NCBI GenBank assembly: GCA_019245575.1
Contig: JAFARE010000013.1
Location: 10,580 to 74,579 of the forward strand
From: Candidatus Dormiibacterota bacterium
GTDB lineage: Bacteria > Chloroflexota > Dormibacteria > Aeolococcales > Aeolococcaceae
Reading direction: 5' to 3'
Length of the DNA: 64,000 nt
Numbering within the stretch: the first letter of the stretch is position 1; each line of letters begins with the position of its first letter. The notes under the pieces are model-generated. The model was not told the origin of the DNA. It worked only from the letters and a program-made list of their open reading frames with translations, and ran no database searches. Below, in pieces: positions 18,815 to 28,527 of the stretch. The translations under genes were made by a program, and so were the position numbers.

Positions 18815-20797
18815 ACGCACAACCGGCTCATTCGGGGCGCAGTCCTGGCCGCGACCGCCGCGGTCGCGGCCTGGCTCGCCCTGCCGCTTCACGTGGCGGC
18901 GCATGCGCTGCCACAGAGCTCCGTGCCCGCCGAGGGAAGCAGCGTGCAGACGCCTCCGGCGAGCGTGCTCATCGTGTTCGGTGAGCAACCCGACGTGGGG
19001 CTGTCATCCATCACGGTCGTCAACAGCGCCGGAACGGATGTCGACGCGGGCCCCACCACCGCGGCTCCAGGGAAGCCGGCCGGCCTCGAGGTGGCACTGC
19101 GTCCGCACCTGCCCGACGGTGTGTACACGGTCACGTGGAAGACGGTGTCGGCGGTCGACGGTCACCTCGCCACGGGCTCCTTCGCCTTCGGGATCGGCGT
19201 GCCCGCGAACACGCTGCCCCACACCGCGGCGGTCGTCGGTGCATCTGCGCCGGGTGTGATCGCTGTCGTGTCACGCCTCGTGCTGTTCGCAGGCCTGGTT
19301 GCAGTGCTCGGCGGAGTGACATTGGGCATCGCTGCATTCGGCGAGCCGCCGCCGGCGCTGCGCAAAGGGATAGCCGTGGCCGCGGTGCTCGCCTTTGCCG
19401 GCACCGCCGGTGTGACCGCGACGCAGATCCAGGCGGCGGGCGTGAGTCCCGCTGCGCTGCTCGGCTCATCGCTGGGGCGGTCGCTGCTGGCACGCGCGAT
19501 CCCCGCGCTCCTGCTCATGGCGTCCTCACTGTGGATGCTGTTCAACAAGCGCCGCGTGCTCTTCGCGGCGGCCGCCGCTGTCGCTGCCCTCGTCGCGATG
19601 ACCGTGGATGTGCTCAACAGCCACGCCGCGGCCGAGCAGCCGGCGGCGCTCAACGAGCTGGCGCAGACGCTGCACATCGTTGCCGTGGGCATCTGGATCG
19701 GCGGCCTCGCCGCGCTGCTGGTGAGCAGCAGGGGGCAGCCGGATGCGACCCAGATCAGCGCCGCACGGCGCCTCTCGACGTTCGCCGGGATCGGCCTTGT
19801 CACGGTCGCCGCCACGGGCGTCTTCCGCGCTGTGATCGAGGTGCAGACGTGGCAGAGCCTGGTGAGCACCGCATTCGGAGCTCTGGTCCTGCTCAAGATC
19901 GGACTCTTCCTGATCCTCGCCGCTTTGGGCGCGCTCAATCGCTACGGCAATCTCCCTCGCCTGCCGGGCATGCTGCGGCGGCTGCGCCGCGTGGTCACGG
20001 GCGAGGTGCTGGTGGCCGTCGGCGCGCTCACGGTGACGGCGGCGCTTGTGAATGTGGCGCCGCCCGCAGAGTACGCGGCCGCGGCAGCAGCGACGCAGAC
20101 GTCCGCTAACCTCGTTGTCTCGGGCAGCGACTACGCAACTACCGTGCGCGTGCGCATGACGGTGACGCCCGGCACCGCGGGCTTCAACACCTTCAACGTC
20201 CGTGTGAGTGACTACGACACCGGGGCGGCGGTCAGCGCCGGCAACGTTGTGCTGCAGTTCACCGAGCCGTTCCGTCCCGCGATCGCCACATCCACGCTGG
20301 CGCTTCGCAAACAGGCGGACGGCTCATTTCAGGCGCGCGGCGGCAACCTGTCGCTCCCCGGGATCTGGCAGATCGCCGTGCTCGTGGAGAACGGACTGCA
20401 ATCAACGGAGGTGCACCTGCAGCTGGCAACGATCACCACACCACCCGTCATCCAGGTGAGCCACTTCGCCGCGGGCCTTCCCACCGTGTACACGATCCAG
20501 ATCAACGCCGGCGTGCAGGCGCAGGTCTATCTCGATCCCAACAAGCCCGGCGCCGACGAGTTCCACGTCACGTTTGTGGCGCCCAGCGGCAACGAGGTGC
20601 CGATGTCGGACATCACGATCGGTATGACGCCGCCGTCCGGGACGCCTGCCATTCTGCCCAGCCGCCGTCTCGACGACGTCGGCCATTTCGTCGCCGACGC
20701 ACACGTGCCGGGCGGGCAAACCCGCTTTGATATCCTGGCCACCACGCGTTCCGGGCAGGCCGTCTCCACCTACATCCTCATCACACCGGGTAGCTAG
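18815..20797 (+). CDS. CopC/CopD copper resistance/uptake fusion with C-terminal soluble domains
   Basis: AHA.. mature His1, YTVTWKTVSAVDGH (CopC); SHAAA, LHIVAVGIWIGGL, LKI (CopD); start codon uncertain (ACG at 18815). Confidence 0.88.
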   Translation, partial: THNRLIRGAVLAATAAVAAWLALPLHVAAHALPQSSVPAEGSSVQTPPASVLIVFGEQPDVGLSSITVVNSAGTDVDAGPTTAAPGKPAGLEVALRPHLPDGVYTVTWKTVSAVDGHLATGSFAFGIGVPANTLPHTAAVVGASAPGVIAVVSRLVLFAGLVAVLGGVTLGIAAFGEPPPALRKGIAVAAVLAFAGTAGVTATQIQAAGVSPAALLGSSLGRSLLARAIPALLLMASSLWMLFNKRRVLFAAAAAVAALVAMTVDVLNSHAAAEQPAALNELAQTLHIVAVGIWIGGLAALLVSSRGQPDATQISAARRLSTFAGIGLVTVAATGVFRAVIEVQTWQSLVSTAFGALVLLKIGLFLILAALGALNRYGNLPRLPGMLRRLRRVVTGEVLVAVGALTVTAALVNVAPPAEYAAAAAATQTSANLVVSGSDYATTVRVRMTVTPGTAGFNTFNVRVSDYDTGAAVSAGNVVLQFTEPFRPAIATSTLALRKQADGSFQARGGNLSLPGIWQIAVLVENGLQSTEVHLQLATITTPPVIQVSHFAAGLPTVYTIQINAGVQAQVYLDPNKPGADEFHVTFVAPSGNEVPMSDITIGMTPPSGTPAILPSRRLDDVGHFVADAHVPGGQTRFDILATTRSGQAVSTYILITPGS

Positions 20798-20800
20798 CCG

Positions 20801-21235
20801 ATGCGCGCACTCATCGTCACAACGCTTGCCGCTCTGACCATCGCGGCCTGCGGCGCAACCGCAACGCCGTCGTCCAGCGCCACGCCGACCCTGACGCCGG
20901 CAACGCTGAGCCGCCCGCCGACATCGGTGAAGATCACGCTGGTGACTCCCACCAATGGCGAGGTCGTGCACGGCTCAACGGTGCACATCGTCGTCGTCAT
21001 CAGCGGCGGCACCGTGACGCCGACGTACTCGACGCACATCTCGCCGACGGTGGGACACGTGCACCTCTATTTCGACAACCAGCTTGTCTACATGAGCTAC
21101 ACGCTGCACCAGGACCTTCCTGTGCAGCCCGGCTTCACGTATACGATGTATGCGGAATGGGTGGCCGCCGATCACTTCCCCTTCAGCCCGCGCGACGTGA
21201 CGCCTCCCGTGATATTCCACGTGGCCGCGTCCTGA
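20801..21235 (+). CDS. Lipoprotein with His motifs (putative metal-binding)
   Basis: Lipobox IAAC; GHVHLYFD; EWVAADH. Confidence 0.78.
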   Translation: MRALIVTTLAALTIAACGATATPSSSATPTLTPATLSRPPTSVKITLVTPTNGEVVHGSTVHIVVVISGGTVTPTYSTHISPTVGHVHLYFDNQLVYMSYTLHQDLPVQPGFTYTMYAEWVAADHFPFSPRDVTPPVIFHVAAS

Positions 21236-21236
21236 G

Positions 21237-22208
21237 ATGACGCGCACCGTGGTGGAGGTCCGCGACCTCGTGAAGCGATACCAGCGCGGCGTGGTCGCCC
21301 TGGACGGCATCTCGTTCCAAGCGTCTGCGGGCGAGGTCTTCGGCCTGCTCGGCCCCAACGGCGCGGGCAAGACGACCACGGTCGGCATCCTGACCACACG
21401 CGTGCGGCCGACGAGCGGCGCCGCCTTCGTGGACGGCGTCGACGTGGTCCGCTTCCCGGTGGCCGCGCGGTCCCGCCTCGCGGTGGTGCCGCAGCGCAGC
21501 AATCTCGACCGCGCCATCTCGATCCGCGACAACCTGCTGTTCCATGCCGCCTACCACGGTGTGCCCGCGCACGAACGAGACGCAAGAGCGAGCGCGCTGC
21601 TCCAGCAGTTCCAGTTGCATCAGCGAGCCGGCAGCAAGCCAGACATGTTCTCCGGCGGGCAGTCGCAGCGCGTCATGATCGCGCGCGCCCTGATGCACGA
21701 GCCGGTCGTGCTCTTCCTCGACGAGCCGACGACCGGGCTCGACCCGGCCGCGCGGCTCTTTGTCTGGGACCGTCTCCGCGAGCTGAAGGAGCGCGGCGTT
21801 ACGCTGGTGCTGACCACGCACGACATGCACGAGGCGTCGGCGCTGGCCGACCGTGTTGCGATCATCGACCGGGGCAAGCTGCTCGCGCTCGACGCCCCGG
21901 CGGCGCTGGTGCAGTCCCTGCCGGGCCGGGCCACGCTGGAGCTGGCGATCGCCTCGGAGAACGGCGCGGACGGCGAGGCGGTGCGCGGCGTGCTGCAGTC
22001 GCTGCCGGGTGTGGAGGCGCTGGAGCCCGTGCAGGCCGAGGGTGGGGAGCTGCGCATGCGCCTGTACACGAGCGCCGACGCGCCGCTGCTGGTGGCGCCC
22101 GCCGCGGCCGCACTCGGCGAGCGCGGGCTCAGCATCAGCGACATCAAGCTGGGCAGCCCGAGCCTCGAGGACGTGTTCATCCATCTCACCGGGCGGACGC
22201 TGCGATGA
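21237..22208 (+). CDS. ABC transporter ATP-binding protein (DrrA/NodI-like)
   Basis: GPNGAGKTT, FSGGQ, LDEPTTGLD, SLEDVFIHLTG. Confidence 0.93.
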   Translation: MTRTVVEVRDLVKRYQRGVVALDGISFQASAGEVFGLLGPNGAGKTTTVGILTTRVRPTSGAAFVDGVDVVRFPVAARSRLAVVPQRSNLDRAISIRDNLLFHAAYHGVPAHERDARASALLQQFQLHQRAGSKPDMFSGGQSQRVMIARALMHEPVVLFLDEPTTGLDPAARLFVWDRLRELKERGVTLVLTTHDMHEASALADRVAIIDRGKLLALDAPAALVQSLPGRATLELAIASENGADGEAVRGVLQSLPGVEALEPVQAEGGELRMRLYTSADAPLLVAPAAAALGERGLSISDIKLGSPSLEDVFIHLTGRTLR

Positions 22209-23014
22209 CCGCCGTCGCGCACGTGCCGCTGTCGCAGACGACGCAGACGCAGGGCGGCGCCTTCCTGGCCATCCTGCGGCGTGACCTGCTGGTCACCTGG
22301 AACGATCTGCCCACGTTCCTGGCGCAGGTGATCCTGCAACCGCTATTCCTGCTGCTCGTGTTCGGCAAGGTGCTCGGCGCGCTCGGTTACACGCGCGGCG
22401 GATATGCTGACCTGCTGTTCCCCGGGTTGCTCGCGCTGACGGCGGTGATCACCGGGATGCAGGCGCTCGCATTCCCGCTCGTGATCGAGTTCGGCTGGAC
22501 GAAGGAGATCGAGGACCGGCTGCTGGCGCCGATCAGCACGGCGCTCGTGGCGGTCGAGAAGCTGCTCTTCGCCGCATTGCGCGGCGTGGTGGCCAGCGTG
22601 GTGATGATCCCCGTCGGGTTCATCATCCTCGGCGGCATTCCCTGGCCGTGGTCGGGTGTGCCCTTGCTCTTCGCGATGCTGGTTCTCGCATCCCTGCTCG
22701 GCGCCGCCATCGGATTGGCGCTGGGCACCGCGGTGACACCAAACCGGATCAACATCGTGTTCGCAGTCGCCTTCACGCCGCTGCTGTTCACCGGCTGCAG
22801 CCAGTACCCGTGGCCGTCGCTCGCCGCGCTGCGCTGGTTCCAGGTCGTCACCGCGATGAACCCGATGACGTACGCCAGCGAAGGCATGCGCGCTGCGTTG
22901 GTGCCGAGCGTGCCCCACATCGCGCCGTGGGTGTCGCTCATCGTGCTGCCCGCCGCAATCCTGGCGTTGGTCGCCGTGGGGATACGGGGCTTCTACCGCC
23001 GCGCGGTCGACTGA
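22205..23014 (+). CDS. ABC-2 type permease
   Basis: About 6 TM helices; NPMTYASEGMR; overlaps the ATPase stop. Confidence 0.9.
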   Translation: MTAVAHVPLSQTTQTQGGAFLAILRRDLLVTWNDLPTFLAQVILQPLFLLLVFGKVLGALGYTRGGYADLLFPGLLALTAVITGMQALAFPLVIEFGWTKEIEDRLLAPISTALVAVEKLLFAALRGVVASVVMIPVGFIILGGIPWPWSGVPLLFAMLVLASLLGAAIGLALGTAVTPNRINIVFAVAFTPLLFTGCSQYPWPSLAALRWFQVVTAMNPMTYASEGMRAALVPSVPHIAPWVSLIVLPAAILALVAVGIRGFYRRAVD

Positions 23015-23053
23015 GGCCTTCACGCCGCGACGAGCGCCGTACAATCCGCGTCC

Positions 23054-23410
23054 GTGTCGAAGGAGGAGGTCGACGCCTATCTCGCCGGCGTCGATGAGCC
23101 CGCGCGCGCCACGCTGGAGCGGCTGCGCAAGGACATCCTCAGCGTCGTGCCCGATGCCGAGCAGGGCATCTCATACCGCGTGCCCGCGTTTCGCATGAAG
23201 GGCAAGGTGGTGGCCGGCTTCGCCGTCTTCAAGACACACCTGAGCTACCTGCCCTTCAGCGGATCGACCATCCCCGCGCTTGCGAAGGAGACGGCGGCGT
23301 ACGGCGGCACCAAGAGCGCGCTGCACTTCCCTCACGACGAGCCACTGCCAGCGTCGTTGGTGCGCCGGCTGGTGGAGACACGGCTGGGCGAGATCGGCCG
23401 GCGCGGCTAG
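23054..23410 (+). CDS. YdhG/DUF1801 family protein
   Basis: VDAYLA, ISYRVPAF, KTHLSYLPFS; TACAAT at 23040-23045. Confidence 0.87.
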   Translation: MSKEEVDAYLAGVDEPARATLERLRKDILSVVPDAEQGISYRVPAFRMKGKVVAGFAVFKTHLSYLPFSGSTIPALAKETAAYGGTKSALHFPHDEPLPASLVRRLVETRLGEIGRRG

Positions 23411-23428
23411 GGATCAGGAAGGCCGGGA

Positions 23429-23456
23429 TGGCGCCGCGCGCAGCCGCGCGGCGCCA
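23429..23456. terminator. Hairpin between convergent genes (possible bidirectional terminator)
   Basis: TGGCGCCGCGCG-CAGC-CGCGCGGCGCCA 12-bp stem; no U tract. Confidence 0.6.
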
Positions 23457-23462
23457 CCTCGG

Positions 23463-25655
23463 TTATGGCGCCTGTGTCAGCGCGGTGTCATCGACGACGA
23501 AGTTCGTCGTTCCGCCGCCCCTGTCGGTCTCGCTGCCGGTGAACTTCAGCGTGATCTTCTTGCCGGCGTACTTCGACAAGCTGAACGTGTACTGCACGTA
23601 GCTGTTGTTCGCGTTGAGGTTGGAGAAGGTCTTCAGCGTGGTGAGCACGGTCGACCCGCTCAGCACCTGCACCTTCAGCGTGTCCACAGACGACGACGTC
23701 CGTTCGGATGTGTCGATCCAGAGCCAGAAGGAGAACGTGTCGGTGTGGCAGTTGGCGTTGACCGTCACGGTCTGCGCCAGCGTGTCCGTGTGCGGGCGCC
23801 CGTAGCCGTCCAGCCATGCGAACCAGCTGCCGGAGTGCGCGATCTCACCGCTTCCGTTCGCCGAGATGACGCCGGCCGTCGCCGACCACGGGCTGGCGGA
23901 GCCGGTCTCGAATCCGGGGTTGCCCAGCAGCTGTGCCGACGGGCACGACGACGCGCTGCTCACGGTCCACGAGAAGCTGGCGGAGCCGCTGGCGCCGGTG
24001 GTGTCGGACGCGCTGACGGTCACCGACGACGTCCCGATCGTGGTCGGTGTGCCGGAGATGAGACCCGAAGAGCTGTTGATGGAGAGGCCGGCGGGCAGGC
24101 CCGACGCGCTGTATGTGAGCGTCTGGCCGCCGGCGGAGTCGCTCGCGTGGATCTGCAGGCTGACGGCTGTCCCCACGGTGGAGCTCTGGTTGCCCGGGTT
24201 GGTCACGGTGACCGTGTTGCTGACCGCGGGGTTGACCGTCCAGGTGAACGACGTGGAGCCGCTTGCGCCGGTCGTGTCCGCGGCGGTCACGGTGACCGAC
24301 CACGTCGCGGCCGTGGTGGGCGTGCCCGAGATGAGCCCCGATGAGCTGTTGATGGAGAGGCCGGTCGGCAGACTCGACGCGCTGTATGTGAGCGTCTGGC
24401 CGCTGGCGGAGTCGCTGGCGTGGATTTGCAAGCTCACGGCTGTGCCGACCGTTGACGTCTGGTTGCCCGGGTTGGTCACGGTCACCGTGTTGCCGCCGTT
24501 GCTGACGATGGGGTGCGACACCTCGCATCCACCGCTGCCGCCGCCGAAGTCGTTGGCCCACGTGGACTGCACCGCGAACGTCCCTGTGGTCAGCGAGATG
24601 TTCTGCGACGCGCCCTGACCCGAGGAGATCCAGGCGCACTTGTCGCCCGTCTCGGCGCCGCTCGAGTCGGTCCAGCCGCCCGCCGGGTACTGGTCCGTGA
24701 TCGTCTCGGCGTACTCGTGGCCCTCGACAATCGTGACGCCGTCCAGGTTGTTGCCCGGGTTCACGAAGCTAGCGCCACAGTTCGCTCCGGCATCAGGGAT
24801 ATACGGCAGGTTGGTGAAGGCGAGGAGCCCGTCGGGGCTGCTGACTCCACCGCCGCTGAGCGTGGAGTCGCCCGTGTAGTCGTGCCAGGCGCAGAAACCC
24901 TGCCCCTGATAGTTGTCCGGGTTGGTCCCGGTAGGGGAGATGACGACGTACTGCGTGTTACGGTTCGACGCCTGCGTCGTGTTGCCGAAATGCGTCGCCG
25001 CGTTGACCGCCTCGACGCCGAGCGCATGGCCGCTGGCGGTGGACGGAGCCGCTGCTGAGGCGTCCTCCCAGACGCCGGCGAGCGCACCACCGGTCGGATA
25101 CCCCACATGCGCAGCGTTCGAGGGGCAGGTCTGGGACCCGGTGGCAACTCCCTCGCAGTACTGGGTCATGACGCCGCTCCAGGTCTCACCGCCGGTGCCG
25201 AGGCCGCGCATGAACGCCTGGAGGTCCGGTGCGATGTTCTGCGAGTCACCGGAGTACGTGTAGTAGCCCTGCGCGTTCGTACTCTGCGCGCCCCACTGGG
25301 AGCCCCAGAACACGAGGTACACCTGCTCCGGCCCGGTGGTGACGCCGACTCCGCTGATGCCGCCGCCGAAGTTCATGTCGTTGGGACTCGAGGCGATGGC
25401 CGAGCCTGCCGCGATGTGCGTGCGCGCCCACGACAGCGACGGCACCACGCCGTGCCGGTATCCGTGCCCGGCCGTCAGGGGCGCGAGCGGCGCGGCGCCC
25501 GATCCCACCGCCGGCGCCATCGCCGCGGAAGCTGTCGCGGCGCTCACCACGAGGCCGCCGCCCGCGGCAGCGAGGCCGATCGCCAGGGCGTTGGGTATCA
25601 GCCGCGGGCGCGCGCCGTTGGCGCGGCCTCTCTCGGAGCGTCCTGTCGGTGCCAT
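23463..25655 (-). CDS. Secreted modular protein: HExxE-containing N-domain, two Ig-like (He_PIG) repeats, C-terminal jelly-roll/CBM-like domain
   Basis: Signal-like N-terminus; FCAWH, GHEYAETITD; two LPxGLSINSSSGLISGTPT repeats; QLLGNPGFETG. Confidence 0.85.
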   Translation of the reverse strand: MAPTGRSERGRANGARPRLIPNALAIGLAAAGGGLVVSAATASAAMAPAVGSGAAPLAPLTAGHGYRHGVVPSLSWARTHIAAGSAIASSPNDMNFGGGISGVGVTTGPEQVYLVFWGSQWGAQSTNAQGYYTYSGDSQNIAPDLQAFMRGLGTGGETWSGVMTQYCEGVATGSQTCPSNAAHVGYPTGGALAGVWEDASAAAPSTASGHALGVEAVNAATHFGNTTQASNRNTQYVVISPTGTNPDNYQGQGFCAWHDYTGDSTLSGGGVSSPDGLLAFTNLPYIPDAGANCGASFVNPGNNLDGVTIVEGHEYAETITDQYPAGGWTDSSGAETGDKCAWISSGQGASQNISLTTGTFAVQSTWANDFGGGSGGCEVSHPIVSNGGNTVTVTNPGNQTSTVGTAVSLQIHASDSASGQTLTYSASSLPTGLSINSSSGLISGTPTTAATWSVTVTAADTTGASGSTSFTWTVNPAVSNTVTVTNPGNQSSTVGTAVSLQIHASDSAGGQTLTYSASGLPAGLSINSSSGLISGTPTTIGTSSVTVSASDTTGASGSASFSWTVSSASSCPSAQLLGNPGFETGSASPWSATAGVISANGSGEIAHSGSWFAWLDGYGRPHTDTLAQTVTVNANCHTDTFSFWLWIDTSERTSSSVDTLKVQVLSGSTVLTTLKTFSNLNANNSYVQYTFSLSKYAGKKITLKFTGSETDRGGGTTNFVVDDTALTQAP
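23958..24491 (-). repeat. Intragenic tandem duplication (period 273 nt) encoding two Ig-like domains
   Basis: NTVTVTNPGNQ.STVGTAVSLQIHASDSA.GQTLTYSAS occurs twice with high DNA identity. Confidence 0.85.
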
Positions 25656-25869
25656 CGATTCCCCCCAAAGGTCGCGTTCACACAGCGTGGTTTTTCAGCC
25701 GGATGGCAGCCGCAAGGATTGCAGTCCAGCCCTCGACCGGGGAGCGTACACGGCGCCCCGGGCGTTGTCCACCGCGAGCCGGGCCGTCGCTCGAGGTTGC
25801 CCGCGGGAACCCGCGCCGATTACCATTCGGCGCACCGGTCCAGGAAGCCGGGTCAGGAAGGAGGATTGA

Positions 25870-28527
25870 GTGCGGCGTTCTCGCCTTGCCACGTGTTTTG
25901 TGCTGCTTGCAGCCCTCGCGCTCGCCGCTCTCACCGCGCCCCGTCACGGTGCGGCCACCCCCGCCACGGCGGGGCACACGGCTCAGAAGCTGGAGGAGGA
26001 GGCCCCGCCGGGCGACGAGTTCCTCAACCAGCGCCTGGTCAACGTCGGCGGCGCGCTCACCGACAACGCATTCGCCCTGGCTGGCCAGCAGGCGCTCAGC
26101 GTTCGCGCTCAGACGGCCTCTGCCGATCCCGCCGACGCCACCGCGCAGTGGAGCTTCGACGGCCCGACCAACATCGACAACCCCCACGGCCAGGGCGGCG
26201 CCAACGACGGGGGCGGGCGGGTGGCGGACCTCGCCGTCGACCCGCTGCACGCCGGGGTGGTGTACGCGGCGAGCGCCGGCGGTGGTGTGTGGAAGAGCAC
26301 CGACGCGGGCAAGACGTTCGCCTCGGTGTGGCCGGTCTCGCTCCCGGAGGCGATGGGCGCCATCACCGTCGGTCCTGACGGCACCGTGTGGGCGGGCACC
26401 GGTGAGACCAACCCCGGCGGGGGCAGCATCACCTTCTTCGGCGACGGCATCTATCGCTCCACGGACGGCGGCAGCACGTGGTCGAACGTCGGGCTGACCG
26501 ACTCGTGGACCATCGCGCGCATCGTCGTCAACCCGGCGAACGCGAACCAGGTGTGGGTCGCGGTCTCGGGCAACCTGTTCCTCCCCGGCCACCAGCGCGG
26601 CGTCTACGTCACCAACAACGGGCTGACGAGCAACCCGAGCAGCGTGGTGTGGACACAGTCACTGGCGCCCCCGCTGGGCTCCAACGGCACCGGCACGCTC
26701 AGCGCCACCGGCGCCAGCGACCTGGCGATGAGCCAGCAGCACCCGAATGTGCTCTACGCGGCGATGTGGGACCACATCCGCACTCCCGATCACCGCACGT
26801 ACACGGGCAGCGGCTCCGGCGTGTGGAAGACGACGGACGGCGGCACGACATGGACGGAGCTGACGTCGGCGGCGAATGCGGTGACATCGGGACTGCTCGC
26901 CGACAACACCGCCAACGGGCGCATCGGCGTCGCGGTGGCGCCGTCCGATGACCACTACGTCTACGTCAACTACGCCAACGACCCGCTCGGCGCCTTCGAG
27001 GCGTGGTTCACGTCCACCGACGGTGGCGCGACGTTCTCCAAGCCGGCGCAGGCGCAGCTCGACCTGCGCATCCCGGTGACCAACTCGTCGTACGTGTACG
27101 GCTGGTGGTTCGCCAAAACGTTCGTCGATCCGAAGACTCCGACGAATGTCTGGGTGACGGGGCTGTGCCTGTGGTCGTCCACCGACGGCGGCAGCACCTT
27201 CCCAAACGACGACTGCAGCGTGCACGCGGACCAGCACAGCATGGAGTGGGACCCCAACGTCGCCAACCAGGTGTATCTGGGTGACGACGGCGGGTTCTTC
27301 ACGTCGACGCACAACGGCACGCCAGGAACCTTCGTGCCCGCGACGTACGAGCCGTGGCCGCAGTTCGACGGCCTCGACGTCAGCGAGCAGGATCCCACGC
27401 ACATCGCCGGCGGCCTGCAGGACAACGGGTCGCAGCGCAGCTGGGACAGCAACGGCAACGCCGTGGCGATGAACGGCTGGAACTCGATGTACGGCGGTGA
27501 CGGGCAGCAGAACCTGATCGACCCGCAGAACAACAAGATCGTCTACTCCTGCCTGCAGTACGGCAACTGCCAGGTGTCAACCGACGGGGGCAACACCGGC
27601 ACGGAGTTCGACAACGGACCCACCAGCCTCAACCCCGATCCCAACGGCACGGTGTCGGCGCGCAACGCGTACTTCACGCCGATGGCGTTCGACCCGAGCA
27701 ACCCCGACACCGTGTACTGGTCGGGCGACATCGTCAACGTGTCCAACAACGATGGCGCGAACTGGCGCGTCATCAGCCCCGACCTCGGCGGCCCCATTCC
27801 GGGCACCGAGGCGGACCCGCTGTACGCGGGTCACTACGGCGTGGTGACGACGATCTCGGTGTCCAAGAGCAACCACGACATCGTGTGGGTGGGCACCGAC
27901 TCGGGCAACGTGTGGATGACGAGCGACGCGACGTCGAATCCCACGATGCCCACGTGGACCCAGATCAGCGGGCTCGGCGTCACGAACTCCCCGCTGCCGA
28001 CGCGCTGGGTGTCGAAGGTGTATGTCGACCCGGACAACCCGCAGATCGTGTACGTCGGGTTCAGCGGCTACCGCGCGGGTGACAACAACCCCTACATCGA
28101 GCGCACCGACGACGGCGGGGCCACGTGGACTGACCTGAGCTCGGGCCTGCCCGAGGCGACGGTGAACGACATCACCCTGGCCGGCGGCCGCCTCTGGGTG
28201 GCGACTGACACCGGCATCTACGCGAGCGACGCCGCCCAGGATCCCACCATGTCGCCGTCCATCACCTGGCGGGAGATCGGCGACAACCTCCCGGCGATCG
28301 CGGTGACCGCGCTGCGCTACGTGCAGAGCAACACGACGCTGTACATCTCGACGTTCGGACGCGGTGTGTGGTCGCTGGCGCTGGCGCCGGCGACGTCGAC
28401 GCCGGAGGCCGGCGCCGCATTGTTGCTGCCGCTGGGCGGAGCACTCGCCGCGGGAGGCGCCGTGCTGCTGCGCCGCCGTCGAGCGCGACGGCGCGCTGCA
28501 ATGCAGCAGGCGAAGGGAGGGCAATGA
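25870..28527 (+). CDS. Secreted Asp-box (BNR) repeat beta-propeller protein (VPS10/GH74-like) with C-terminal anchor
   Basis: Signal peptide; many S/T-x-D-G-G-x-T-W/F repeats; HADQH; GGLQDNG; STFGRGVW; GGAGG RBS. Confidence 0.88.
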   Translation: MRRSRLATCFVLLAALALAALTAPRHGAATPATAGHTAQKLEEEAPPGDEFLNQRLVNVGGALTDNAFALAGQQALSVRAQTASADPADATAQWSFDGPTNIDNPHGQGGANDGGGRVADLAVDPLHAGVVYAASAGGGVWKSTDAGKTFASVWPVSLPEAMGAITVGPDGTVWAGTGETNPGGGSITFFGDGIYRSTDGGSTWSNVGLTDSWTIARIVVNPANANQVWVAVSGNLFLPGHQRGVYVTNNGLTSNPSSVVWTQSLAPPLGSNGTGTLSATGASDLAMSQQHPNVLYAAMWDHIRTPDHRTYTGSGSGVWKTTDGGTTWTELTSAANAVTSGLLADNTANGRIGVAVAPSDDHYVYVNYANDPLGAFEAWFTSTDGGATFSKPAQAQLDLRIPVTNSSYVYGWWFAKTFVDPKTPTNVWVTGLCLWSSTDGGSTFPNDDCSVHADQHSMEWDPNVANQVYLGDDGGFFTSTHNGTPGTFVPATYEPWPQFDGLDVSEQDPTHIAGGLQDNGSQRSWDSNGNAVAMNGWNSMYGGDGQQNLIDPQNNKIVYSCLQYGNCQVSTDGGNTGTEFDNGPTSLNPDPNGTVSARNAYFTPMAFDPSNPDTVYWSGDIVNVSNNDGANWRVISPDLGGPIPGTEADPLYAGHYGVVTTISVSKSNHDIVWVGTDSGNVWMTSDATSNPTMPTWTQISGLGVTNSPLPTRWVSKVYVDPDNPQIVYVGFSGYRAGDNNPYIERTDDGGATWTDLSSGLPEATVNDITLAGGRLWVATDTGIYASDAAQDPTMSPSITWREIGDNLPAIAVTALRYVQSNTTLYISTFGRGVWSLALAPATSTPEAGAALLLPLGGALAAGGAVLLRRRRARRRAAMQQAKGGQ

